Positions 1 through 8,045 are shown, numbered from the stretch's first letter. The stretch: DNA of 14,125 nt from Myxococcales bacterium (GCA_037441385.1 JBBISH010000146.1:1-14125), one strand, 5' to 3'. Notes: a model not told the origin generated them from the sequence alone. Numbers and translations are program-made.

Positions 1-1
1 G

Positions 2-1320
2 CTGACCGACACCTGCACCAATGGCACCTGCGCGGGCAAGCCCAAGACCTGCGACGACGGCAACTCCTGCACGGAAGAGAGCTGCGATGGCACCGGCGCT
101 TGCGCGACCATCAACCTGACCAGCCCGTGCGACGACGGCAACAGCTGCACCACCAAGGACACCTGCGTCGCCGGGGCCTGCAAGGGCGTGGGCCTGGATT
201 GCGACGACAAAAACCCATGCACGGACGACGGTTGCGATGGCAAGAACACCTGCACCCACACGGCCAACAAGCTTGTATGCAGCGACGGCGACCCCTGCAC
301 GGTCGGCGATGTCTGCGCCAACAGCGCTTGCGTAGCCGGCGCGCCGCCCAACTGCGACGACGGCAGCGTGTGCACCAGCGACGGCTGCGACGCCAAGACC
401 GGCGCTTGCAGCCACCTGCCGGCCGCGGGCAGCTGCAGCGACAACAACCCCTGCACCGTAGGCGACCAATGCGCCGACGGCAAGTGCGCCCCCGGCACCG
501 CCAAGAACTGCGACGACGGCAGCACTTGCACTGCCGATTCCTGTGATCCTGCCAACGGTTGCGTGCACACGGGCGTGTCCGGCAGTTGCAGCGACGGCGA
601 CAGCTGCACGGTGGGCGACGCCTGCAACGCCGGCAAGTGCGAAGCCGGGCCCAAGCAGGTCTGCAACGACAACAACCCCTGCACGCTGGACACTTGCGTC
701 AACGGCACCGGCTGCACCGCCAGCAACCAGAGCGGCGCCTGCAGCGACGGCAGCCTCTGCACTAGCAACGACACCTGCACGGCCGGCAAGTGCGGCGGCA
801 CCGCCGTCAACTGCGAAGACGGCAACCCTTGCACCACCAACACTTGCGTGGCCGCGGCGGGCTGCCAAACCAGCAACAATTCGGCCGGCTGCAACGACGG
901 CGACGCCTGCACCGACGGCGACTACTGCTCGGGCGGCGGCTGCTACGGCGGCTGGGCCATCTCGTGCACCGACGGCAACCCGTGCACCGCCGACCTGTGC
1001 AGCGGCGGCTGCTACTTCCCAGCGGCAAGCGGCTCGTGCGACGACGGCAATGGCTGCACCGTGGGCGACACCTGCAGCGGCGGCTCATGCAGTGGCTCGG
1101 CCAAGAACTGCGACGACGGCAACGCTTGTACCAACGACTCGTGCAGCGGCGGCGCCTGTGTCAACGCCGCCAACTCGGACGGCTGCAGCGACGGCAACCC
1201 GTGCACCAGCGGCGACGCTTGCAGCGGCGGTTCGTGCAAGGCCGGCGGCGCCACCAACTGCGACGACAAAAACCAGTGCACTACCGACTCGTGCAACCCC
1301 GCCGCGGGCGGTTGTGTGCA
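2..1320 (+). repeat. Tandem coding repeat, ~150-bp (~50-aa) unit made of two alternating ~25-aa sub-repeats
   Basis: 9 type-A motifs (e.g. CDDKNPCTDDGC, CDDGSTCTADSC) alternate with 8 complete type-B motifs (e.g. CSDGDPCTVGDVC, CSDGNPCTSGDAC). Recurrent DNA words include tgcgacgacggca and tgcagcgacggc. Confidence 0.85.
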
Positions 1321-1501
1321 CGCCGATGTCTACTGCCCGTCTTCGCCAACTTGTCAACACTACGCGTGCTCGCCGGACTTGGGATGTGTGCTCTACAAGG
1401 ACTCCGGCGGCTCCTGTGGGTACACCTGCGGCGACGGCACCAACTTGACGGGCTGCTGCGTCAACGGCGGCTGCCACGACTGCGACAACGGCTGTCCGTA
1501 G
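2..1501 (+). CDS. Cysteine-rich repeat protein (Dictyostelium CTDC/EcmA-like CDDGNPCTxDxC repeats), 5'-partial; probably extracellular
   Basis: Frame 2 is open from base 2 (LTDTCTNGTCAGKPKTCDDGNSCTEESC...) to TAG at 1499-1501, so the ORF-track start at 188 is internal. Regular CxDGNxCT repeats run throughout, with strong G/C third-position bias. Confidence 0.9.
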   Translation: MTDTCTNGTCAGKPKTCDDGNSCTEESCDGTGACATINLTSPCDDGNSCTTKDTCVAGACKGVGLDCDDKNPCTDDGCDGKNTCTHTANKLVCSDGDPCTVGDVCANSACVAGAPPNCDDGSVCTSDGCDAKTGACSHLPAAGSCSDNNPCTVGDQCADGKCAPGTAKNCDDGSTCTADSCDPANGCVHTGVSGSCSDGDSCTVGDACNAGKCEAGPKQVCNDNNPCTLDTCVNGTGCTASNQSGACSDGSLCTSNDTCTAGKCGGTAVNCEDGNPCTTNTCVAAAGCQTSNNSAGCNDGDACTDGDYCSGGGCYGGWAISCTDGNPCTADLCSGGCYFPAASGSCDDGNGCTVGDTCSGGSCSGSAKNCDDGNACTNDSCSGGACVNAANSDGCSDGNPCTSGDACSGGSCKAGGATNCDDKNQCTTDSCNPAAGGCVHADVYCPSSPTCQHYACSPDLGCVLYKDSGGSCGYTCGDGTNLTGCCVNGGCHDCDNGCP

Positions 1502-1656
1502 TGCGGGCCGGGCCGGGAGAACCTGCGTTGGTTCCTGGAAAGCCGATCAGTTTGGACTTTTTCCGAGCATCCGAGCCGTGAAAATCGGCGCGGCGACTCG
1601 CCGCAGGCGCGCAAGGGGGATTGCCGGCCATGCCCCGCCGCCACCCCCAACCTCCG

Positions 1657-2712
1657 CTAGCCCGGCCCGCTCGCCGCCACCGCCCAAAACCGCACCTGCC
1701 GCGGCCAAACCCGAACGCGGTCGCCAGCTTGTGGCGCAGTGCCGTGCTCGCCCAGCAGTTCGACCCGCAAGGGCACCGCCTGTGGGCCTACCCGCAACGT
1801 CACGGTTTGGCGCGGTCCGCTGCTGTGGACGCGCTCGACCTGGGCCGGCCAGCCTTCGCCGGCACCGATGGGCAGCAAGTCCACGTCGTGGACGCGCACG
1901 GCTGCTTGCGTCGGGCCCTCGGCGATTCCAGCGGGCACGGGCAGCTGTATCCCACCCTCAGCGGACCCCCAAACGTCGCCGCGTACCACGCCATCCAGCA
2001 GTTGCACATGCCCCAGAAACTGCATGACGAACGCGCTGTTCGGCTGGTCGTACAGCTCCTGCGGGGTGCCGACCTGCTCGATGGCCCCCTCGCGGAACAG
2101 CACCACGCGGTCAGCCAGCTCGAAGGCCTCTTCCTGGTCGTGGGTGACGAACAGGCAAGTCGTGCGCACCTCGTCGTGCAGGCGCCGCAGCCACGCCCGC
2201 AAGTCCTTGCGCACTTGGGCATCCAGGGCCGAGAACGGCTCGTCCAGCAGCAGCACCTTGGGCCGCGCCGCCAGCGCCCGCGCCAGGGCCACCCGCTGCC
2301 GCTGCCCGCCGGAAAGCTGAGCCGGCAGACGGCGTTCGTAGCCGTGCAACTGCACCAACTGCAGCAGCTCGTCCACGCGGGCGCGCACCTCGGCCTGCGG
2401 CCGTTTGCGGACGCGCAGGGCAAAGGCGATGTTCTCGAACACGTCCAGGTGGCTGAACAGCGCAAAATGCTGAAAGACAAAGCCCACGTTGCGGTCGCGC
2501 ACCGGTTGGCCGCTGACGTCGTCGTCGTGGTGCCAGACCTGGCCGCGATCCTGGCGCTCCAGCCCGGCAATGACCCGCAACAGGGTAGTTTTTCCCGAGC
2601 CCGACGGGCCCAGCAGGGCCAGCAGCTCGCCCAGCTCGGCGCGCAAGCTGACGTCGCGCAGGACATGGAAGTTGCCAAAATACTTATCGATGTTCTTGAC
2701 TTCGATCGACAT
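1657..2712 (-). CDS. cysA: Sulfate/thiosulfate ABC transporter ATP-binding protein CysA
   Basis: Walker A GPSGSGKT, signature LSGGQRQR, Walker [10 protein letters not shown]-loop VTHDQEEA, CysA-typical [19 protein letters not shown] and a TOBE-like C-terminus. RBS TAAGGAG overlaps the cysW stop. Confidence 0.95.
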   Translation of the reverse strand: MSIEVKNIDKYFGNFHVLRDVSLRAELGELLALLGPSGSGKTTLLRVIAGLERQDRGQVWHHDDDVSGQPVRDRNVGFVFQHFALFSHLDVFENIAFALRVRKRPQAEVRARVDELLQLVQLHGYERRLPAQLSGGQRQRVALARALAARPKVLLLDEPFSALDAQVRKDLRAWLRRLHDEVRTTCLFVTHDQEEAFELADRVVLFREGAIEQVGTPQELYDQPNSAFVMQFLGHVQLLDGVVRGDVWGSAEGGIQLPVPAGIAEGPTQAAVRVHDVDLLPIGAGEGWPAQVERVHSSGPRQTVTLRVGPQAVPLRVELLGEHGTAPQAGDRVRVWPRQVRFWAVAASGPG

Positions 2713-2721
2713 GCGAGCTCC

Positions 2722-3540
2722 TTAGTGGTGGGCCATGCCCATCCGCGCAGCGACCAGGCGCCGGGCCAGCAACCCCACCAGCCCCACCAGCGACAACAGC
2801 GACGCGGCGGCAAAGGCGGCCTGGAAGTGGTACTCGGCGTGCAGGACCTCGATGTGCAGGGGCAGGGTATTCGTCTCGCCGCGGATGTGCCCGGACACCA
2901 CCGACACCGCACCAAATTCGCCCAGTGCCCGCGCCGCGCACAGGATCACGCCGTACACCAGGCCCCAGCGGAGCCGCGGCAGCACCACCCAGAAGAGCAG
3001 CTGCCACGGCCGGACTCCCAGGGTCAGGGCCGCCAATTCCTCCTCGGGCCCAAGGGCTTGCAGCAGGGGCAACAGCTCGCGCGCCACCAGCGGCAGCGTG
3101 ACAAAGGTCGTGGCCAGCGCCAGGCCCGGAAAGGCAAAAATCACTGGGAGGTCGTGCTCCTGCAGCCACGGCCCCAGCCAGCCCTGCGCGCCATACAGCA
3201 ACACGAACAGCAGACCGGACACCACCGGCGACACCGACAGCGGCAGATCCAGCAGGGTCAGCACCAGCCCGCGCCCGCGGAAGTCAAAGCGCGCCAGCGC
3301 CCACGCCGCCGCCAGCCCGGCTACGGTGTTGAGCGGCACCGCCACCGCCGCTACGGCCAGCGACAGCCGGATGGCAGTGCGGGTCTCCTCGTCCAGCACG
3401 GCTTCGCGCCAGGCCTGCCAACCTTCTGAAAACGCTTCGATGAGCACCACCACCAGCGGCAGCGCCACCAACACCCCCAGGCCCAGTAGGGCCACCGCAA
3501 TCAACAACCCGCCCAGCCAGCCGGGTGCGCGTTCTTCCAT
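2722..3540 (-). CDS. cysW: Sulfate ABC transporter permease CysW
   Basis: Multiple TM segments; motifs DLPLSVSPVVSG, EEELAALTLG (EAA loop), ARALGEFGAVSVVSGHIRGETNTLPLHIE; located between cysT and cysA. Confidence 0.95.
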   Translation of the reverse strand: MEERAPGWLGGLLIAVALLGLGVLVALPLVVVLIEAFSEGWQAWREAVLDEETRTAIRLSLAVAAVAVPLNTVAGLAAAWALARFDFRGRGLVLTLLDLPLSVSPVVSGLLFVLLYGAQGWLGPWLQEHDLPVIFAFPGLALATTFVTLPLVARELLPLLQALGPEEELAALTLGVRPWQLLFWVVLPRLRWGLVYGVILCAARALGEFGAVSVVSGHIRGETNTLPLHIEVLHAEYHFQAAFAAASLLSLVGLVGLLARRLVAARMGMAHH

Positions 3541-3549
3541 CCTTCCCCC

Positions 3550-4401
3550 CTACGTGCCCAGGTGCGGCGCGGTGCGCTGGCGGGTCTGCAGCCAACCCAC
3601 CGCCACCAGCACCGCCGTGGCCAGGATCAGCAGCCAACAGGCGATGGCCGTGGCCCCCACGTAGTCGTACTGCTCCAGCTTGCTGACGATCAGCAGCGGC
3701 GCAATCTCGGTCCGGCCCGGCAGGTTGCCGCTGATGAACACCACCGAGCCGTACTCGCCCACCGCGCGGGCAAAGGCCATGCTGGTCCCAGTCACCAGCG
3801 CCGGCCGCAGCCGCGGCAGGATCACCCGCCAGAACACCTGCAGCGGCGTGGCGCCCAGGCAGATCGCGGCCTGCTCCAGCTCGCCATCCAGCCCGCGCAG
3901 CACCGGCTGCAGGGTGCGCACCACAAACGGTAGCCCCACAAAAGCCAGGGCGATGGCGATACCCGGCGCGGCAAAGGCCACCTGCAAGCCCATGCCGCCC
4001 TGCAGGATTTTGCCCAGCCAGCCGTCCGGCGCGTACAGGGCCGTCAGGGCAATGCCGGCCACGGCGGTCGGCAAGGCAAACGGCAGGTCCACCGCCGCGT
4101 CGGCCAGACCGCGCCCCACAAAGCGATAGCGCACCAGCACCCACGCCAGCAGCAGGCCCAGCGCCGCATCAAGAAGGGCCGCCAGGGCCGCCGCCCCCAG
4201 CGACAGGCGCACCGCCGCCATCACCCGCGGATCGGTGATGATGTCCAGCCATTGACTGCCGCTCAGCGCCGCCGCTTTGGCAACCAGCGCCGCCAGCGGC
4301 ACCACCACCAGCAGGCCCAGCCAGACCCAGGTGAGGCCCAGGGAAAGGCCCAAGCCGGGCAAGGGGTTGTGGGGGCGCGCGGCCGGGCGATTCCAACTCA
4401 T
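3550..4401 (-). CDS. cysT: Sulfate ABC transporter permease CysT
   Basis: Motifs VDLPFALPTAVAGIAL, LPFVVRTLQPVL, FARAVGEYGSVVFISGNLP, KLEQYDY. Start placed at ATG 4401 (GGAG 6 nt upstream); the alternative ATG at 4413 has GAGG only 2 nt upstream. Confidence 0.93.
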   Translation of the reverse strand: MSWNRPAARPHNPLPGLGLSLGLTWVWLGLLVVVPLAALVAKAAALSGSQWLDIITDPRVMAAVRLSLGAAALAALLDAALGLLLAWVLVRYRFVGRGLADAAVDLPFALPTAVAGIALTALYAPDGWLGKILQGGMGLQVAFAAPGIAIALAFVGLPFVVRTLQPVLRGLDGELEQAAICLGATPLQVFWRVILPRLRPALVTGTSMAFARAVGEYGSVVFISGNLPGRTEIAPLLIVSKLEQYDYVGATAIACWLLILATAVLVAVGWLQTRQRTAPHLGT

Positions 4402-4422
4402 TGACTGCTCCATTGCCTCAAC

Positions 4423-5415
4423 TCAGCGGGCGGTGACCTGGTCAAAGACCCCGCCGTCGGCAAAGTGCTGGGCGTGCAGCTTCTTCCAGCCACCCAGCTG
4501 GGCGATGGTGTCCAGTTGAATCTGCGGGAAGTCGCTGGCAAAGCGGGCCGCCACCGCCGGATCGCGCGGCCGGAAGTGGTGGCGGGCGCCGATGGCCTGG
4601 CCCTCGGGCGTATAGAGGAATTGCAGATAGGCCTCTGCCACCTTGCGCGTGCCGCGCCGATCCACCAGCCGGTCCACCAACGCCACGGGCGGCTCGGCCA
4701 GGATCGACGACGCCGGCACCACCACGTCGAACTGGCCGCGACCGAGCTGGCGCTGGACCAGCAACGCCTCGTTTTCCCAGGCCAAAAGCACGTCGCCGAT
4801 GCCGCGCTGGGCAAAGGTCAGCGTGGCTCCGCGCGCCCCGGTGTCCAGCACGGGCACGTTGGCGTAGACCTTCTTCAGGTACGCCTTGGCCTGCTCCTGG
4901 TCGCCGCGGTACTCGCGCAGCGCCCAGGCCCACGCCGCCAGGTGATTCCAGCGCGCCCCGCCCGAGGTCTTGGGGTTGGGGGTCACCACCTGCACGCCCG
5001 GCCGCGCCAGGTCGGCCCAACCGCGCACCGCCTTGGGATTGCCCTTGCGCACCAGGAACACGATGGTGGAGGTAAAGGGTGTGCTGTTGTTGGGCAATCG
5101 CGTTTGCCAGCCCGCGTCGATCAGCTTGCCTCTCTCGGCGATGGCGTCGATGTCGTAGGCCAGCGCCAGCGTCACCACATCGGCCGGCAGCCCGTCGATG
5201 ACGGAGCGGGCCTGCTTCCCCGAGCCGCCGTGCGACTGCTGCACGGTCAAGGTGGTGCCCGTGCGCTGTTGCCACTGCTTGGCAAAGGCGGCGTTGACTT
5301 CTTGGTACAGCTCGCGGGTGGGGTCGTACGAAACGTTCAAAAGCTTGAGCTCGGCGGCCGCCACGGGCAGGGCGACCCACGACAACAGCAAGATGGCGAG
5401 AAGACGAATGTTCAT
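4423..5415 (-). CDS. sbp: Periplasmic sulfate-binding protein (Sbp/CysP family)
   Basis: Signal peptide followed by [53 protein letters not shown] and [17 protein letters not shown] overlaps the porin stop. Confidence 0.96.
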   Translation of the reverse strand: MNIRLLAILLLSWVALPVAAAELKLLNVSYDPTRELYQEVNAAFAKQWQQRTGTTLTVQQSHGGSGKQARSVIDGLPADVVTLALAYDIDAIAERGKLIDAGWQTRLPNNSTPFTSTIVFLVRKGNPKAVRGWADLARPGVQVVTPNPKTSGGARWNHLAAWAWALREYRGDQEQAKAYLKKVYANVPVLDTGARGATLTFAQRGIGDVLLAWENEALLVQRQLGRGQFDVVVPASSILAEPPVALVDRLVDRRGTRKVAEAYLQFLYTPEGQAIGARHHFRPRDPAVAARFASDFPQIQLDTIAQLGGWKKLHAQHFADGGVFDQVTAR

Positions 5416-5424
5416 GGTGGTTCC

Positions 5425-6756
5425 TCAGAAAGTGGCGTCCAGTTGCAGGTGGCCGACGTGCTCGGCCTTGGCGAAGGCGAAGTCGTGCGGCATCAGGGCG
5501 ATCCAGTCGGCCTGGACCTTTAGGCGGTGGCCGTTCAGGTACCAATTCAGGCCGAGACCGACCTCCTGGCCCTTGGCGTCGAGCTCCTTGACGAACTTGG
5601 GGTCCATGCGCGCGTGGTCCAGCGGGTACAAGCCGGCCAGCCGGCCGACCACCTCGATCGGCGGCTCGAACAGGTACGAGGCTTGCGTCACCCAGCCGTG
5701 GGCGGCGCGCGGGTACTCGGTCACCGTCTTGCCGTCCTTGGTCGCCTGCAGGGGCGCGTCGCTCGCGGTCTTGCGCAGGTACTCGGCCTGCAAGGCGAAA
5801 CCGGCCCACTTGCAGGTCAGGTCGGCCGCAAGGTGGTCGTAGTCCGTGGTGCCCGTCGCGAAGATGGCGCCCGTGGTGCTGCGCAAGCGGTTGCTGTTGA
5901 AGTTGCGCGCTGCGCCGATGCCGACTGCGACCGCCGGCCGCGAACGCCGCTCCAGATCGCCCTCGCTGTCGTCGTCGATGGGACCGAGCGGGCGCCATTC
6001 CAGGCGCCCCACGACCAGAGCGCCCGGCTTGTGACCAGTTGTCAGGTTCGTGCCGCCGCCGCCAAACACGCCGATCCGCCAGGCAATCGGCGACTCGTCG
6101 CCCAGGAAGTTGTCCGAGTAGAGCGTCACGCCCACGTCGCGGTCCAGCGTCAGCTCGCCCACGGGGCGCGGCCGATCGGCCATCTGCAACGCGAACTCGC
6201 GGACCGTGCGCAGGCGATCGAACGGCACAAAGTACTGCCCGACCCGCACCCGGAGATCGCGATGGGCGGCCCAGTCCACATAGGCGTCGAAGATGGGCGA
6301 GATCGCGCCGTCGCGGTAGTCACGCCCGGCCAAGGCGAACTGGAACATGTAGGTCAGCGTCGGCTTCAGCGCATGGCCACTCAGCCACAGGCGCGCGGTC
6401 CCGAGGTTGACGACCTGCTGCAGATCGCGCTCGCCCTTGCTGTCCGCCGCGGCCGCGTTCAACTGGTAGCGCAGCTGGAAACGGCTCCGCAAGTTCAGCG
6501 AGTACGCGTCGCCTAGCCGAACCGTGATGCCCTTGCCGGCGGCGCCACTCACCTCGGGCGCCTTGGCGGCCATGTCGCGCTCCGCCTTGGCCTTTTCGGC
6601 GGCCACCTCTTCGGCCACCTCCCACTTGCGCTCTAGGATGCGTTGGCGTTGGTCCAGGTTGGTGAGCGTAGGGGTCGGGTCGGTCGGCGATGCTTCTTGG
6701 GCGTGGCCCGAAATGGAGTACAAGAGAAATAGCAGAGCGTACAGACTGCGACGCAT
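5425..6756 (-). CDS. Outer-membrane porin, OprO/OprP (anion-selective) family-like; putative sulfate porin
   Basis: ATG at 6756 with AGGAGG RBS at 6761-6766; signal peptide MRRSLYALLFLLYSISGHA; N-terminal coiled-coil; motifs FDAYVDW, RVGQYFVPF, DRDVGV, GLNWYLNGHRLKVQAD; C-terminal Phe (LQLDATF) typical of beta-barrels; directly upstream of sbp. Confidence 0.82.
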   Translation of the reverse strand: MRRSLYALLFLLYSISGHAQEASPTDPTPTLTNLDQRQRILERKWEVAEEVAAEKAKAERDMAAKAPEVSGAAGKGITVRLGDAYSLNLRSRFQLRYQLNAAAADSKGERDLQQVVNLGTARLWLSGHALKPTLTYMFQFALAGRDYRDGAISPIFDAYVDWAAHRDLRVRVGQYFVPFDRLRTVREFALQMADRPRPVGELTLDRDVGVTLYSDNFLGDESPIAWRIGVFGGGGTNLTTGHKPGALVVGRLEWRPLGPIDDDSEGDLERRSRPAVAVGIGAARNFNSNRLRSTTGAIFATGTTDYDHLAADLTCKWAGFALQAEYLRKTASDAPLQATKDGKTVTEYPRAAHGWVTQASYLFEPPIEVVGRLAGLYPLDHARMDPKFVKELDAKGQEVGLGLNWYLNGHRLKVQADWIALMPHDFAFAKAEHVGHLQLDATF

Positions 6757-6890
6757 GTCGCCTCCTGCGGCCCTGCGCCGGTGGTCCGGTGGCAGTGACA
6801 CGATTGGTTGAAATGTTCGCCTCGGCTGGGTGGCCGTCGGCAGGGAATCTCAGGGGCGAGCCACTGGAGGCACTTGGAGGACAAGTCGGC

Positions 6891-7103
6891 CTACCGGCGC
6901 CCGTCCGCTGCGGCTCGCCCGCCATTGGGCCGGAACTTCTCGGTCCGGCTGACCTGAACGACCCGGCCGTCGTGCAGCACCACCTCGATGGTGCCGTAGC
7001 GCAGTCCACCCAGGGCCGTCAGCACCGCGTTTGCCACGGACTCGGGGCTGTCGTCGGCGGCGGCAGAAGAAAGGTCCGAAACCAGGGCGTTTTTGTTCTT
7101 CAT
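6891..7103 (-). CDS. YezD/DUF2292 family small protein (OscA-like sulfur-starvation protein)
   Basis: 70 aa with the family core ALGGLRYGTIEVVLHDGRVVQVSRTEKFR. First gene of a sulfate-uptake operon, as oscA is before sbp in Pseudomonas. Confidence 0.88.
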   Translation of the reverse strand: MKNKNALVSDLSSAAADDSPESVANAVLTALGGLRYGTIEVVLHDGRVVQVSRTEKFRPNGGRAAADGRR

Positions 7104-7141
7104 CGCGGAGCTCGTCGGACGGCTGTGACTTTGATAACCAC

Positions 7142-7166
7142 TATCCCTATCGGGTTAGTAGAGATA
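7142..7166. promoter_or_regulatory. 25-bp imperfect palindrome (8-9-8), putative Rrf2-family (CymR/IscR-like) operator
   Basis: TATCCCTA-TCGGGTTAG-TAGAGATA: arms are 7/8 complementary. AT-rich within very GC-rich DNA; abuts the -10 box and covers the predicted transcription start. Confidence 0.65.
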
Positions 7167-7194
7167 ATCTAGCGCAGCCGCGACCGGCTGTCAA
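7166..7194 (-). promoter_or_regulatory. Sigma70-type promoter of the sulfate-uptake operon
   Basis: The minus strand reads TTGACA (7194-7189), a 17-nt spacer gccggtcgcggctgcgc, then TAGATT (7171-7166), about 60 nt upstream of the yezD-like ATG. Confidence 0.75.
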
Positions 7195-7413
7195 ATGCCC
7201 CGGACGGTCGCGCCGGTGCCAAGGCCATGTTGCGGCTTGGCCAGGTCCCACCGGCATCCGTCACGAGTACGAGCAGGCCTCCGCGCCTGCGACCGAGACA
7301 GGTAAACGCTTTGATATGAATGGGATGCACGCTCGGTGGCGGCCCCGCCGCGCTTGCTCCGTCGGCGCCACCTACCGCCGCCAGAGCCGGCCCAGAACGC
7401 CGCGAGCCCCCGA

Positions 7414-7449
7414 GAAAATCACATTGGCAACGTTGCCAGTGTGGTTTCC
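7414..7449. repeat. 36-bp imperfect palindrome with perfect core TGGCAACGTTGCCA; possible terminator of thpR and/or LacI-type operator
   Basis: GAAAATCACATTGGCAAC|GTTGCCAGTGTGGTTTCC, 15/18 Watson-Crick pairs; 18 nt downstream of the thpR stop; ends in TTTT on the minus strand. Confidence 0.6.
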
Positions 7450-7467
7450 TGGCCCCACTGCGACCAT

Positions 7468-8037
7468 TCAGGCTGGCTGGCCGCCCGCGCCCAGTCCAAC
7501 CCCCTGCAGGGCAAACCGCCGCAACACCTCGTAGCGGCTGCCCTCGGGGTTGCGGTGGCTGCGGTACAGCGCGAATTCGCGGACCCGCCACGGCGGCGAC
7601 GTGAGCAGATTGCAGTCGGCCAACCACTCGGCCACTCGATGCGGCGGGCTGTTGTGCAGCCGCGCCAAGGTAATGTGGGGGGCGAACTTGCGCTCGTCCA
7701 TCGCCAGGCCCAGCTCGCGGATGGCGTGGGCGACCTTGCGCTCCAAGCGCACCAGTTCGTCGTCGGGCACCAAGCCAGCCCACAGCACCCGCGGTCGACC
7801 GCGCGGCGGAAAGTGGCCGACCCCCTGCAACTGCAGCGAAAACGGGTCGCAGCGCACCGCCGCCAGCTTGGCCGCAAGGTCGGCCACGCGGTGATCGGGC
7901 ACGTCGCCCAAGAAGGCCAGGGTCAGGTGGTGGTCGCCCGGGTCGTGCCAGTCGGCGCCAGGCACGCCGTCTTGCAGCGGAAAGAGCAAGTCCTCCACCG
8001 GCTCGGTGATGGGCAACGCAACAAAAAGGATGGACAT
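7468..8037 (-). CDS. thpR: RNA 2',3'-cyclic phosphodiesterase (2H phosphoesterase, ThpR/LigT family)
   Basis: N-terminal LFVAL, two HxT motifs (HLTLAFLG and PHITLAR), GHFP...PRVLWAG and C-terminal FALYRS...GSRYEVL; 189 aa, typical for the family. Confidence 0.92.
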   Translation of the reverse strand: MSILFVALPITEPVEDLLFPLQDGVPGADWHDPGDHHLTLAFLGDVPDHRVADLAAKLAAVRCDPFSLQLQGVGHFPPRGRPRVLWAGLVPDDELVRLERKVAHAIRELGLAMDERKFAPHITLARLHNSPPHRVAEWLADCNLLTSPPWRVREFALYRSHRNPEGSRYEVLRRFALQGVGLGAGGQPA

Positions 8038-8045
8038 GGACTAGC

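Noticed and set aside
2..1320. Periodic DNA repeats as a possible CRISPR array
   Set aside because: The repeats are degenerate, in frame and protein-coding; there are no identical repeats with unique spacers and no cas genes.
100..1581. Arg/Gln-rich and Ala/Thr-rich ORFs overlapping the Cys-repeat gene
   Set aside because: Alternate-frame readings of the repeat; their composition follows from its codon usage.
1513..1604. Short stems between the convergent genes (1513-1538; GCGGCG-ACT-CGCCGC at 1590-1604) as terminators
   Set aside because: The stems are short, expected by chance at this GC content, and lack an immediately adjacent U-tract.
1621..3429. 602-aa + strand ORF antisense to cysA/cysW, and similar shadows at 4465-5523, 5527-6516, 8187-9773, 9355-11469 and 12559-13800
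   Set aside because: Typical antisense shadow ORFs of GC-rich coding DNA. They have no recognisable motifs, while the opposite strand carries clear family signatures.
6757..6801. ORF-track GTG start of the porin at 6801
   Set aside because: ATG 6756 has an AGGAGG RBS and directly begins the signal peptide.
7104..7141. TTATCAAAG on the minus strand resembling the start of a SAM-I riboswitch
   Set aside because: The leader is too short and lacks the remaining SAM-I core elements.
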